Shown: positions 51,604 through 60,313 of the stretch, piece after piece | How the letters are laid out: every line of letters starts with the position of its first letter | How positions within the stretch are numbered: the first letter of the stretch is position 1 | The notes under the pieces: generated by a model | Databases searched by the model: none | What the model saw: only the letters and a program-made list of their open reading frames with translations | What the model was told of the DNA's origin: nothing | Program-made: the position numbers and the translations under genes | NCBI RefSeq assembly: GCF_001403615.1 | Contig: NZ_LN879456.1 | Span: 306,078-370,077, forward strand | DNA: 64,000 bases | Direction of reading: 5' to 3' | Origin: Desnuesiella massiliensis | GTDB taxonomy: Bacteria > Bacillota > Clostridia > Clostridiales > Clostridiaceae

Positions 51604-51628
51604 AAAAGCGACTTTCGTCGCTTTTTTA
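51604..51628. terminator. Bidirectional hairpin aaagcgac-tttc-gtcgcttt, nearly identical to the terminator at 41148.
   Basis: It lies between the convergent trmB and ppx-like genes. Confidence 0.6.
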
Positions 51629-51633
51629 CTAAT

Positions 51634-53139
51634 TTACATATAAATATTCAGTTCTTTATTGTAAATCTCTTTAAACTTCCCAGCAGATTTTGCAGCGTCG
51701 TTTAATTCTAAAGCCATCTCCTTATCAGCTATAATTTTAATATCCACAGTTTCTTCATTAATATTGCACTGGAAGTCTTTTACGGAGCCTGTCATACTCC
51801 TATCAAGACTCTCTGCTATCTTTAAAAGCACACCTATCTTTTTAATATTTATCAAGTCTAGCTTATTGATGATTCCACTGAATTGACATAGGTTAACATC
51901 AAAGTCATTGTTTCTATGAAAAGCCGCAATATAAGCACTCATTACCAATTCCTTATGAGTAAGCCCATTTATCTCTGAATTTAAAATAATGTAGAAAGAG
52001 TGTTTATGATGATCGTAGTATCTAATACTGATACCGGCATCATGTAAGTAAGCAGCGGTTTTAATGATATTTATAAAAGAATCATCTAATTCATGAAGAT
52101 CTTTTAAATAGCTAAAAAGCTTTAAAGATATATTATATACGTTTTCTGCATGACTTTCATTAATATTATGACTTTTAAGAATGCCTTTAATAGAAAAATC
52201 AAGGATATCTTCCTCAGAGTTTGGCTTTTGATACATGTATTCGTAAATCAAACCTTCTCTTAAGCCCTTGCCACTTACTTTTATTTCTTTTATTTTAAGC
52301 ATGTCTGTTAAAGTGTATAATACAGTAGCTGAAGCTACAAATATATCAGCTCTATCCTTAGATAGCCCTTCGATTTTTTTCCTTTGCTTTAAGTTTTTGC
52401 TTTTAACCATATGATATATATCTTGTAGATCATAGTCATTTAAAATATAGTTATGCGATATATCTAAAGGATATCGTTTTACTTTTCTATCAATTTTACC
52501 TATGTTTCTAGCAGAACCTCCAACAATTATCATATTATCGAAATTAGCTTTAAATAGCCAAGGTACTTTCTTAAAAGAATTTATAAGAAAACTCTTCAAA
52601 CTTTCTTCATTATCAGTGGTAATAATATCTCCTAAATTATATCTCTTTGTCAAATTTACTGAACCGAAAGGTAAGCTTATAAATTCCATAATCTTATTAT
52701 TATAAACCCATACTAGCTCAGTGCTGGCTCCACCAATATCCACAATTATAGAGTTAGAAGTATACATGCTATGCATTACTGCAGAAGCGTCGTATCTAGC
52801 TTCCTCTTCTCCAGATAAAACTCTAATAGATATTCCAGTATAATCTTTAATTTTCTCTATAAAGCTTAAGCTATTTTCTGCTTTTCTTAAGGCTTCTGTA
52901 GCTACAGCTAAAATATCATCCACCTTTAAAGTATCACAAAGAACTTTAAAGGTTTTTAGAGTACTTAAGGTGTTATGGATTTTCTCTTCTCCTATAACAC
53001 CTAAATCCTCAACATCCTCTCCAAGCCTCAAGGATTCTTTTAAATCATCTATTATTTTAAAAGTACCTGCCTCCGTAATTTCACATATAACTAGTCTTAC
53101 AGAATTAGACCCAATGTCTATTACCCCTAATCTTTTCAT
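51634..53139 (-). CDS. Ppx/GppA-family phosphatase with a C-terminal HD domain (paralog 2).
   Basis: N-terminal GVIDIGSNSVRLVI actin-like ATPase-fold motif. Length is 501 aa. Confidence 0.8.
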   Translation of the reverse strand: MKRLGVIDIGSNSVRLVICEITEAGTFKIIDDLKESLRLGEDVEDLGVIGEEKIHNTLSTLKTFKVLCDTLKVDDILAVATEALRKAENSLSFIEKIKDYTGISIRVLSGEEEARYDASAVMHSMYTSNSIIVDIGGASTELVWVYNNKIMEFISLPFGSVNLTKRYNLGDIITTDNEESLKSFLINSFKKVPWLFKANFDNMIIVGGSARNIGKIDRKVKRYPLDISHNYILNDYDLQDIYHMVKSKNLKQRKKIEGLSKDRADIFVASATVLYTLTDMLKIKEIKVSGKGLREGLIYEYMYQKPNSEEDILDFSIKGILKSHNINESHAENVYNISLKLFSYLKDLHELDDSFINIIKTAAYLHDAGISIRYYDHHKHSFYIILNSEINGLTHKELVMSAYIAAFHRNNDFDVNLCQFSGIINKLDLINIKKIGVLLKIAESLDRSMTGSVKDFQCNINEETVDIKIIADKEMALELNDAAKSAGKFKEIYNKELNIYM

Positions 53140-53473
53140 TTCTAAAAACTCCTTTTATTTTGGTTAAGGCATGTATATATTTTAAAAAGTCAAATATATA
53201 AATACCTAACATAAGTATAATTTAATCATATTTAAATTATACATTTTAATCAAGCTTTAATTAACACCTGTTTTACAAGAATATAATAAAAAAACTATGT
53301 ACTTCCGCTAATAATGTTAAGAATTTAAAGGTTTATAAATAAATAATGTTAAAATGTCAGAGAATATTTATTGATTAAGAAATGTTAAATAATATAATAG
53401 GAATAATTATTTTATATTAAATATGATATAATTCATTTAAATAATACATATCGCTTTGTAAAGGGGAGTATTT

Positions 53474-55033
53474 ATGGGTCCTACAAACATGGAAACTATG
53501 GCGGCTATAGACTTAGGTTCTAATGCTATCAGACTTATAATTGCACAGATAATGCCTAATGGTGAATACTTTATATTGGAGGAATTAGAGAAACCTACAG
53601 ATGTGGGGAAAGATACCTTTACTTTAGGAAAAATAAGAGTTGAAACCATACAAAACACTTGTGAAACACTAAAAGGTTTTTCAAAGTTGATGAAAGAATA
53701 TCGAGTAAAGAATTACAGAGCTGTTTCTACTAGTGGTATAAGAGAGGCGGAAAATAAGCACTACATTTTAGACCAAGTGAGATTAAAAACTGGCATAGAA
53801 GTTAAAGATATAAATAATGCAGAAGAGAGATTTTACATTCACAAGGCTTTGGATGAGCACTTAACAAATGGAAGAGAAATTATATTTAATAAGAGTGCTA
53901 TGATTATCAATGTAGGTTCTGGAGGGGTTGAAGCTTCAGTTTATAGCGAAGGTAATTTGAAATTTACACGTTATGTAAAGGTTGGTGCCTTGAGGCTTTA
54001 TGAGTTTCTATCTCAGATGAAGCCAAAAACTTTGGATTTTCCTGATATTATTAGCGAATACGTAGATAGCAAAATATATGTATTAAAAGATAATATAGAG
54101 AAGCTGAATATTAAAAATTATATCGGTTTAGGAGGAGACCTCTCTATTATTTCCTCCATGTGCATAAAGAACAAATATAACAAAAATCCTAATTTTATAC
54201 CTAAGGACGCTCTTTTAAAGCTATATGATAAGATTAAAAACATGAACGTTGAAATATTATCGTTAGAATATAGCATACCCTTAGTTAAAGCAGAACTGAT
54301 ATTACCTTCTTTGATAATTTTTATAAAATTTTTAAATATGACAAAGGCAGAGGGCATATTTGCTCCTAGAGCATCTTTAAAACATGGGGTATTAGTGGAT
54401 ATGATCGATGAAAAGCTTAATACTCCTAGAAAAAAAGAGTTTTTAAATGACATATTAAGTTCTGTAAGATACATAGCTAGCAAATATGGGGTAGATGAAA
54501 ATCATGCTAAAGTTGTAGAGAATTTAGCTATAACTTTATTTGATAGCACAGTTCCTATACATAAGCTTGGAGAAAGAGAAAAACTATACCTTCAGATATC
54601 TGCCATTTTGCATGATGTAGGTAAGTATATTAATTTAAATAATCATGAAGATTATTGTTTTAATATTATTAAATCTGAAGATATCATGGGGCTTTCTGAT
54701 AGAGAATTATTAGTAGTAGCAAATATAGCAAAATATTATGGAAATAGAATTCCTAGCAGCAATGATAAAAAGTATAATGCCTTAAACTCTAATGAGAGAA
54801 TTATAGTTTCAAAACTTGCAGCTATTTTAAAATTATCAGAGGCCTTAGATGTGTCAAGACGGAACAAAATTAGCAAAATAATCATTAGCATGGAAGAACA
54901 TAGAAGCATTTTCATAAATGTATATGTAAAGAATGATATTTTACTAGAGGAATGGTCTTTCTCCTCAAAGAGTGAATTTTTTGAGGAGGTAATGGGCTGC
55001 AAAGCAATTTTAAAAATACATAGAGACTTTTAA
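53474..55033 (+). CDS. ppx: Exopolyphosphatase / Ppx/GppA-family phosphatase with an HD domain (paralog 1), upstream of ppk.
   Basis: AAIDLGSNAIRLII, plus HD-domain residues (LHDVGKYIN). Confidence 0.8.
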   Translation: MGPTNMETMAAIDLGSNAIRLIIAQIMPNGEYFILEELEKPTDVGKDTFTLGKIRVETIQNTCETLKGFSKLMKEYRVKNYRAVSTSGIREAENKHYILDQVRLKTGIEVKDINNAEERFYIHKALDEHLTNGREIIFNKSAMIINVGSGGVEASVYSEGNLKFTRYVKVGALRLYEFLSQMKPKTLDFPDIISEYVDSKIYVLKDNIEKLNIKNYIGLGGDLSIISSMCIKNKYNKNPNFIPKDALLKLYDKIKNMNVEILSLEYSIPLVKAELILPSLIIFIKFLNMTKAEGIFAPRASLKHGVLVDMIDEKLNTPRKKEFLNDILSSVRYIASKYGVDENHAKVVENLAITLFDSTVPIHKLGEREKLYLQISAILHDVGKYINLNNHEDYCFNIIKSEDIMGLSDRELLVVANIAKYYGNRIPSSNDKKYNALNSNERIIVSKLAAILKLSEALDVSRRNKISKIIISMEEHRSIFINVYVKNDILLEEWSFSSKSEFFEEVMGCKAILKIHRDF

Positions 55034-55050
55034 AAAAGGTGAGGACTATT

Positions 55051-57168
55051 ATGAAGAATAAAAAGAATAATCATAATTATTTAAACCGTGAGCTAAGCTG
55101 GTTAGAGTTTAACCAAAGAGTATTAGACGAAGCTAAGGATGAAAGTAATCCCCTTCTAGAAAGATTGAAGTTTTTAGCCATAACTGCTTCAAATTTAGAT
55201 GAGTTTTTTATGGTAAGGGTAGGTTCAATTTGGGATCAAGTTCAGGCAAATTTTAAGGAAAAGGATCCTTCCGGGCTAACTCCCATAGAGCAATTAGAAA
55301 GCATAGGGCATAGAGCTCATAAGATGAGTGTTGAGCAGCAGGAGTGCTATAACAATACCCTATTACCTTGTTTAAGGAAGGAACATATTTACATATTGAG
55401 TTTGAATGAACTTAGCCAAGAAGATAAATTATATATAGAAAAATACTATAATAGCTATGTATTTCCTGTGTTGACTCCCATGGTGGTAGATAAAAGCAGA
55501 CCTTTTCCATTAATTTTAAATAAAAGCTTAAATATAGCTCTACTCTTAGAGTATAGTGAGAACAAGGAAGAGACTATATTTGCTACGGTGCAGGTCCCCT
55601 CTGTTTTAAAAAGATTAGTAGAAATACCTGCAGAAGATAATTCTAAGAAGTTTGTGCTATTAGAAGATATAATTAAGTTAAATATAAATTCTCTTTTTGT
55701 TGGTTATAAGGTTATGGCTATGGGTGCCTATAGATTAACAAGAAATGCGGATTTAAGCATTGATGAAGAAGGAGCAGAAGATTTATTAGAAACCATAGAG
55801 CAAAGCATAAGATTAAGACGTTGGGGAGCTACCATAAAGCTTGAATATGAAAAAGAACTAGATGATAGAATTTTAGCTATTATTAAAGAAGAGGAGGAGA
55901 TAGAAGATAAAAGTTTATATGAAATAAAGGGACCCTTGGATTTAACTTTTCTATTTAAGATATATTCGATTGAAGGTTATGCTCAATTAAAGTTTGATGA
56001 TATAAAACCTGTAATATCAAGTGAGCTGTTGCAAAGTGATGATATATTTCAGGTGATTTCTAATAAAGATATTGTTTTGCATCATCCCTATGAAAGTTTT
56101 GATTCTGTTGTGGAACTAATAAAAGCTGCCGCCAAAGATCCTAAGGTTTTAGCTATTAAGCAAACCTTGTATAGGGTTAGTGGGAAATCTCCTATTGTAG
56201 AGGCTTTAGCAGAGGCAGCGGATAATGGTAAGCAAGTTACAGCACTTTTAGAGCTAAAGGCTAGATTTGATGAAGAAAATAATATCAATTGGGCTAAAAG
56301 GCTAGAGCAAGCTGGCTGCCATGTTATTTATGGTCTAGTAGGTTTAAAGACTCATGGAAAGATACTTTTAATTGTAAGGCGAGAAGAGGATGGCATTAAA
56401 AGATATGTACATATGAGCACTGGAAATTACAATGATGTTACAGCTAATATATATACTGATATTGGATTTATAACTTCCAATCCCTATTTTGGAGCAGATG
56501 CATCTACATTGTTTAATATGCTTTCAGGATATTCTCAAATTAGGGATTTAAATAAAATAAATATTGCACCAACAAATTTAAGGAAGAAATTTTTATATTT
56601 AATCAATAGAGAGGCAGAGAACTCTCGTAATGGGAAAAAAGCAAAGATAATTGCAAAGATGAATTCACTGGTGGATGTTGAAATAATTGATGCTCTATAT
56701 AAGGCCTCTAACGCAGGAGTAACCGTTGAGCTTATAGTTAGAGGAATATGTTGTTTGAAACCAGGTGTGCCTGGGCTAAGTGAAAATATTGTGGTTAGGA
56801 GCATAGTTGGGAGATTTTTAGAACATAGCAGAATATATTATTTTTATAATAATGGTGATGACGTAATTTACTTAAGCAGTGCAGATTGGATGAGCAGGAA
56901 TTTAGACAGAAGGGTAGAAATATTATTTCCTATAGAGGATAAAAAGAATGCTAAAGTATTAAAAGAAATATTGAGTGTTTATCTAAAAGATAATGTTAAG
57001 GCTCGTGTATTAAACAAGGATGGTAAATATATAAAACCTGAAGTTAAAGATGAAGATTATATAAATAGCCAAGAGTATTTTTATAGCAAGATCATAGAAG
57101 ATATTAAAAGCTTAAAAAAGCTTAAAAGCAATATGGAGGAGTTTAGACCTATTACTTTGATCAATTGA
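55051..57168 (+). CDS. ppk: Polyphosphate kinase 1.
   Basis: The N-terminus NRELSWLEFNQRVL and the PLD-like HxK motifs. Length is about 705 aa. Confidence 0.9.
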   Translation: MKNKKNNHNYLNRELSWLEFNQRVLDEAKDESNPLLERLKFLAITASNLDEFFMVRVGSIWDQVQANFKEKDPSGLTPIEQLESIGHRAHKMSVEQQECYNNTLLPCLRKEHIYILSLNELSQEDKLYIEKYYNSYVFPVLTPMVVDKSRPFPLILNKSLNIALLLEYSENKEETIFATVQVPSVLKRLVEIPAEDNSKKFVLLEDIIKLNINSLFVGYKVMAMGAYRLTRNADLSIDEEGAEDLLETIEQSIRLRRWGATIKLEYEKELDDRILAIIKEEEEIEDKSLYEIKGPLDLTFLFKIYSIEGYAQLKFDDIKPVISSELLQSDDIFQVISNKDIVLHHPYESFDSVVELIKAAAKDPKVLAIKQTLYRVSGKSPIVEALAEAADNGKQVTALLELKARFDEENNINWAKRLEQAGCHVIYGLVGLKTHGKILLIVRREEDGIKRYVHMSTGNYNDVTANIYTDIGFITSNPYFGADASTLFNMLSGYSQIRDLNKINIAPTNLRKKFLYLINREAENSRNGKKAKIIAKMNSLVDVEIIDALYKASNAGVTVELIVRGICCLKPGVPGLSENIVVRSIVGRFLEHSRIYYFYNNGDDVIYLSSADWMSRNLDRRVEILFPIEDKKNAKVLKEILSVYLKDNVKARVLNKDGKYIKPEVKDEDYINSQEYFYSKIIEDIKSLKKLKSNMEEFRPITLIN

Positions 57169-57191
57169 TTCATGAAGAGGAGGAAAGGGTT

Positions 57192-57896
57192 TTGGAAAAG
57201 GATCATATTTTAATTGTTGATGATGATAAGGATATTGTAAATCTATTAAAGGATATATTAGAAGACGAAGGGTATAAAACAGATCATTGCTACAATGGAA
57301 AAGATGCTTTGTATAAGATTAACAATAACAAGTATGATCTTATAATTTTGGATGTTATGTTGCCAGATATAGATGGATTTGAGCTTTGTAGAAAGGTGAG
57401 AGATAAAGTAACTATACCTATTATATTTTTAACAGCAAAAAGTAAGAATTTAGATAAGGTTATAGGGTTAGAGATCGGTGGAGATGACTATATAACGAAA
57501 CCCTTTGATGATAGCGAAATTGTGGCAAGGGTTAAAGCACATTTAAGAAGAGAAAAACGCAATAAAATATCAGTAGAAATTCAAAATAATAATGTAATAG
57601 AATATGGAGATTTAGTTTTAAATAAAAACTCTTATGAGGTTTCTTTAGGTGAAACCAAAATAGAGCTCTCCACTAGAGAGTTTCAGATACTGCTTTTTTT
57701 AGCTGAAAACTCAAATAGGGTGTTATCTAGAGAACAGATATATAACGGTGTTTGGGGTCATGAGGACTATGGTGACATAAACACCGTAACCGTTCATATA
57801 AAAAAGCTAAGGGAAAAATTAGATAAAGAAGATAAATATATAAAAACTGTGTGGGGAGTAGGCTATAAGTTTATAGGTGAGAGAAAAAATGAATAG
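57192..57896 (+). CDS. OmpR-family response regulator, overlapping the ppk 3' end.
   Basis: Receiver domain ILIVDDD, and the winged-helix C-terminus TVWGVGYKF. The TTG at 57192 follows GAGGAGG. Confidence 0.8.
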   Translation: MEKDHILIVDDDKDIVNLLKDILEDEGYKTDHCYNGKDALYKINNNKYDLIILDVMLPDIDGFELCRKVRDKVTIPIIFLTAKSKNLDKVIGLEIGGDDYITKPFDDSEIVARVKAHLRREKRNKISVEIQNNNVIEYGDLVLNKNSYEVSLGETKIELSTREFQILLFLAENSNRVLSREQIYNGVWGHEDYGDINTVTVHIKKLREKLDKEDKYIKTVWGVGYKFIGERKNE

Positions 57897-59205
57897 CATT
57901 TATAAAAAGATTTCTTTAGTTTTAATAGCATCTTTTGTTGTTGAGATTTTCATTGTAGGACTATTCTATAGACAAGTAGTGGTGAGTAAGGTTTTAGTAG
58001 AAATCAATAAAGAGGGCGACAAGAGACAATATCTGCTAAAAGAAATCAGTAATAAAATGCAAAAAACAAAAAATGATATAGTTGGAATGGAAAAAATAAT
58101 AAAGGTGTATAGTACAAGGTATGATATTGATTTTATTATAAAAAAAATAGATGGAGAAGTAATATACAGTACAAAGGATTATAGTAGCATTGAAAGAAAT
58201 AAAGTGCAGGAGCAGGTATATATAAAAGGCAACGGAAAAAATCCTCATATCATGTATGCTTATTTTCCTACAAAATTAGAGGAAATAGATAATATGATAA
58301 ATAGCAGAAAGAGAATTATTGCTATTTTAATATTTTTGCTTGTGTCTTCTATAGTATTTTTTATAATTTATAGAATATTAACGGATCCATTAAAGAAATT
58401 GAGTAGAGCGGTGAAAAATATTAACTACGGAAATACTGAAGTCAGCATCCCTTATTACGGAGATGATGAATTTGGTATGCTATGCAGAAATTTCGAGGAA
58501 ATGGGGAGGCGCCTAAAAATATCAGAAGAGAATCAAAAAGAGCTTATACAAGCAATTTCGCATGATATTAAAACTCCTCTAACCTCAATACTTGGTTATT
58601 CGAAAAGACTTACTGAGAGAAAGGTAAAGTCAGAAAGAATAGAGGAATACCATAGTATTATATTAAAAAAGTCCTTGGATCTAGAGTCTTTAATACTTGA
58701 ACTGGAGGATTATGTAGATATTAACTCAAATACCTTGTTAAATATTAAGAGTATTAATGTAAAGGACTTTCTTAAAAAGCTGCATGAAGATTTTAAGCGG
58801 GAACTACAAGAGTATGGAATAGATATAACTTTATATCATAATATTGAAGAAGATTTTAAATTGCCTATGGATGATAAAAAAATTAAAAGAGTTTTTCAGA
58901 ACATAATAAGTAATAGTATAAAATATGCAGGGGAGAATATTCATATAGAAATGAATTGTTTTAAAAGCAATAATAAAGTATGCTTTGAAATAAAAGATAA
59001 TGGCATAGGAGTGTCAGAATCATATATTGATAAAATTTTTGATAGATTCTATAGAGTAGATGGATCTAGATCGAGAGAAAAAGGAGGAACAGGCCTAGGG
59101 TTATCTATATGCAAAACCATAATAAATCTTCATGGTGGCGACATTGGTGCTAAAAGTAAGGTTGGAGAAGGATTATTGATTTGGTTTACATTACCCTGTA
59201 AATAG
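57889..59205 (+). CDS. Sensor histidine kinase (two TM helices, HAMP, HisKA, HATPase).
   Basis: H-box SHDIKTPLTS, and G-boxes DNGIGV and GGTGLGLSICK. It overlaps the response-regulator stop. Confidence 0.8.
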   Translation: MNSIYKKISLVLIASFVVEIFIVGLFYRQVVVSKVLVEINKEGDKRQYLLKEISNKMQKTKNDIVGMEKIIKVYSTRYDIDFIIKKIDGEVIYSTKDYSSIERNKVQEQVYIKGNGKNPHIMYAYFPTKLEEIDNMINSRKRIIAILIFLLVSSIVFFIIYRILTDPLKKLSRAVKNINYGNTEVSIPYYGDDEFGMLCRNFEEMGRRLKISEENQKELIQAISHDIKTPLTSILGYSKRLTERKVKSERIEEYHSIILKKSLDLESLILELEDYVDINSNTLLNIKSINVKDFLKKLHEDFKRELQEYGIDITLYHNIEEDFKLPMDDKKIKRVFQNIISNSIKYAGENIHIEMNCFKSNNKVCFEIKDNGIGVSESYIDKIFDRFYRVDGSRSREKGGTGLGLSICKTIINLHGGDIGAKSKVGEGLLIWFTLPCK

Positions 59206-59254
59206 TTTTTATTTAATATTGACATTTTAAACATATTTTATATATAATAAAATG

Positions 59255-59512
59255 TAACAACTTAATAGTGAAATTCAAAGAAGAGAAGAGTACTGTATAG
59301 ATTTCTTTAAGCGAGTAGGGATAGAGTGAAAGCCCTATAAGAATATATATAAGGAAGAGAGTCTCAGAGAAGCCTTCTGAAATATAATAAAGTAAGGAGT
59401 GCCGCTAGAAAGCGTTATATTGAAAAGGGGATTTATTTATATACTTTAAATAAATCAATTGGAGTGGTACCGCGGAATATATCCGTCTCTTTTGCTAAGA
59501 GACGGATTTTTT
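59255..59512 (+). promoter_or_regulatory. T-box riboswitch leader with specifier codon AGA (Arg) at 59358-59360. The T-box sequence is aatcaattggagtggtaccgcgg (59454-59474) and the terminator is ccgtctctt-ttgct-aagagacgg followed by T6 (59483-59512). It follows the promoter TTGACA at 59218. The downstream gene argS is separated from it by an IS200 insertion.
   Basis: The stem I/specifier region aligns nearly base-for-base with the asnA T-box but carries AGA instead of AAC. Confidence 0.75.
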
Positions 59513-59515
59513 ATA

Positions 59516-60252
59516 TTGCTTTGATAACCACTGGCTATGCCAGTGGATAAAATGGCTTTAGCTCTGAACAAAAAAACTCCTATGATAAAATGAAAGCGAC
59601 TGACAATCGCAAAACAAAATATCATAGGAGGTGTGTCGTATGGGTAACGACATAGAAAGCTTAACACATACAAAATGGAGGTGTCAATATCATATAGTAT
59701 TTGCGCCAAAGTATAGAAGACAGATAATATATGGGAAATATAAAGCAGAAATCGGCAAGATACTACGAGAGATATGTATAAGAAATGGAGTAGAGATAAT
59801 AGAAGCAAATGCATGTCCAGATCATGTACATATGCTGGTAAGTATTCCACCAAAAATGAGTGTATCAAAATTCATGGGAATATTAAAAGGGAAAAGTAGC
59901 TTGATGATTTTTGATAGATTTGCAAATTTAAAATATAAATATGGTAACAGACATTTTTGGTGCAGAGGATATTATGTAGATACAGTTGGAAGAAATAAAA
60001 CTGCAGTTGCAAAATATATACAAAATCAACTTCAAGAAGATCAAACAGCAGAACAGATAAGTATGAAAGAATATATTGACCCGTTCACGGGCGAGCCAGC
60101 AAAAGGTAGCAAATAAAAAAGCCACCCAACGAGGGTGGCCGCTGTAAAAGTTTTGCGATTGGCGGTTTTTTCAGAGCGCGAGTAGCGCCGCCAGTACCAT
60201 GCCCTTATAGGGCTTAATCAAGCCACCAGCTCAGCTGGTGGTACATGACTCT
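59516..60252 (+). mobile_element. IS200-type element, copy B (737 bp), inserted between the argS T-box terminator and the argS start.
   Basis: Inverted duplicate of 4548-5286, with only a few substitutions. Confidence 0.85.
59640..60116 (+). CDS. tnpA: IS200/IS605-family Y1 transposase TnpA (copy B).
   Basis: Identical to copy A except for two residues (A vs G, T vs I). Confidence 0.9.
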   Translation: MGNDIESLTHTKWRCQYHIVFAPKYRRQIIYGKYKAEIGKILREICIRNGVEIIEANACPDHVHMLVSIPPKMSVSKFMGILKGKSSLMIFDRFANLKYKYGNRHFWCRGYYVDTVGRNKTAVAKYIQNQLQEDQTAEQISMKEYIDPFTGEPAKGSK

Positions 60253-60313
60253 TTAAGAAATCATAATAACTTTATTTAAAAGCTAGAGTAAATTTAGTGA
60301 GAGGAGATTTAAT

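Noticed and set aside
9708-58248. Many short antisense or overlapping ORFs from the track: 9708-9893, 10375-10629, 10553-10798, 14846-15070, 17972-18157, 19460-19747, 19871-20053, 20412-20636, 23654-23887, 26981-27268, 38098-38292, 43904-44152, 45287-45490, 46153-46446, 48313-48654, 50929-51144, 51145-51333, 52502-52705, 52970-53167, 53437-53658, 54118-54483, 54736-55002, 56088-56288, 56535-56804 and 58036-58248.
   Set aside because: Each lies within, and on the opposite strand or in another frame of, a well-supported gene. The translations are low-complexity (L/I/F/S-rich), which is typical of AT-rich antisense frames. None has an RBS.
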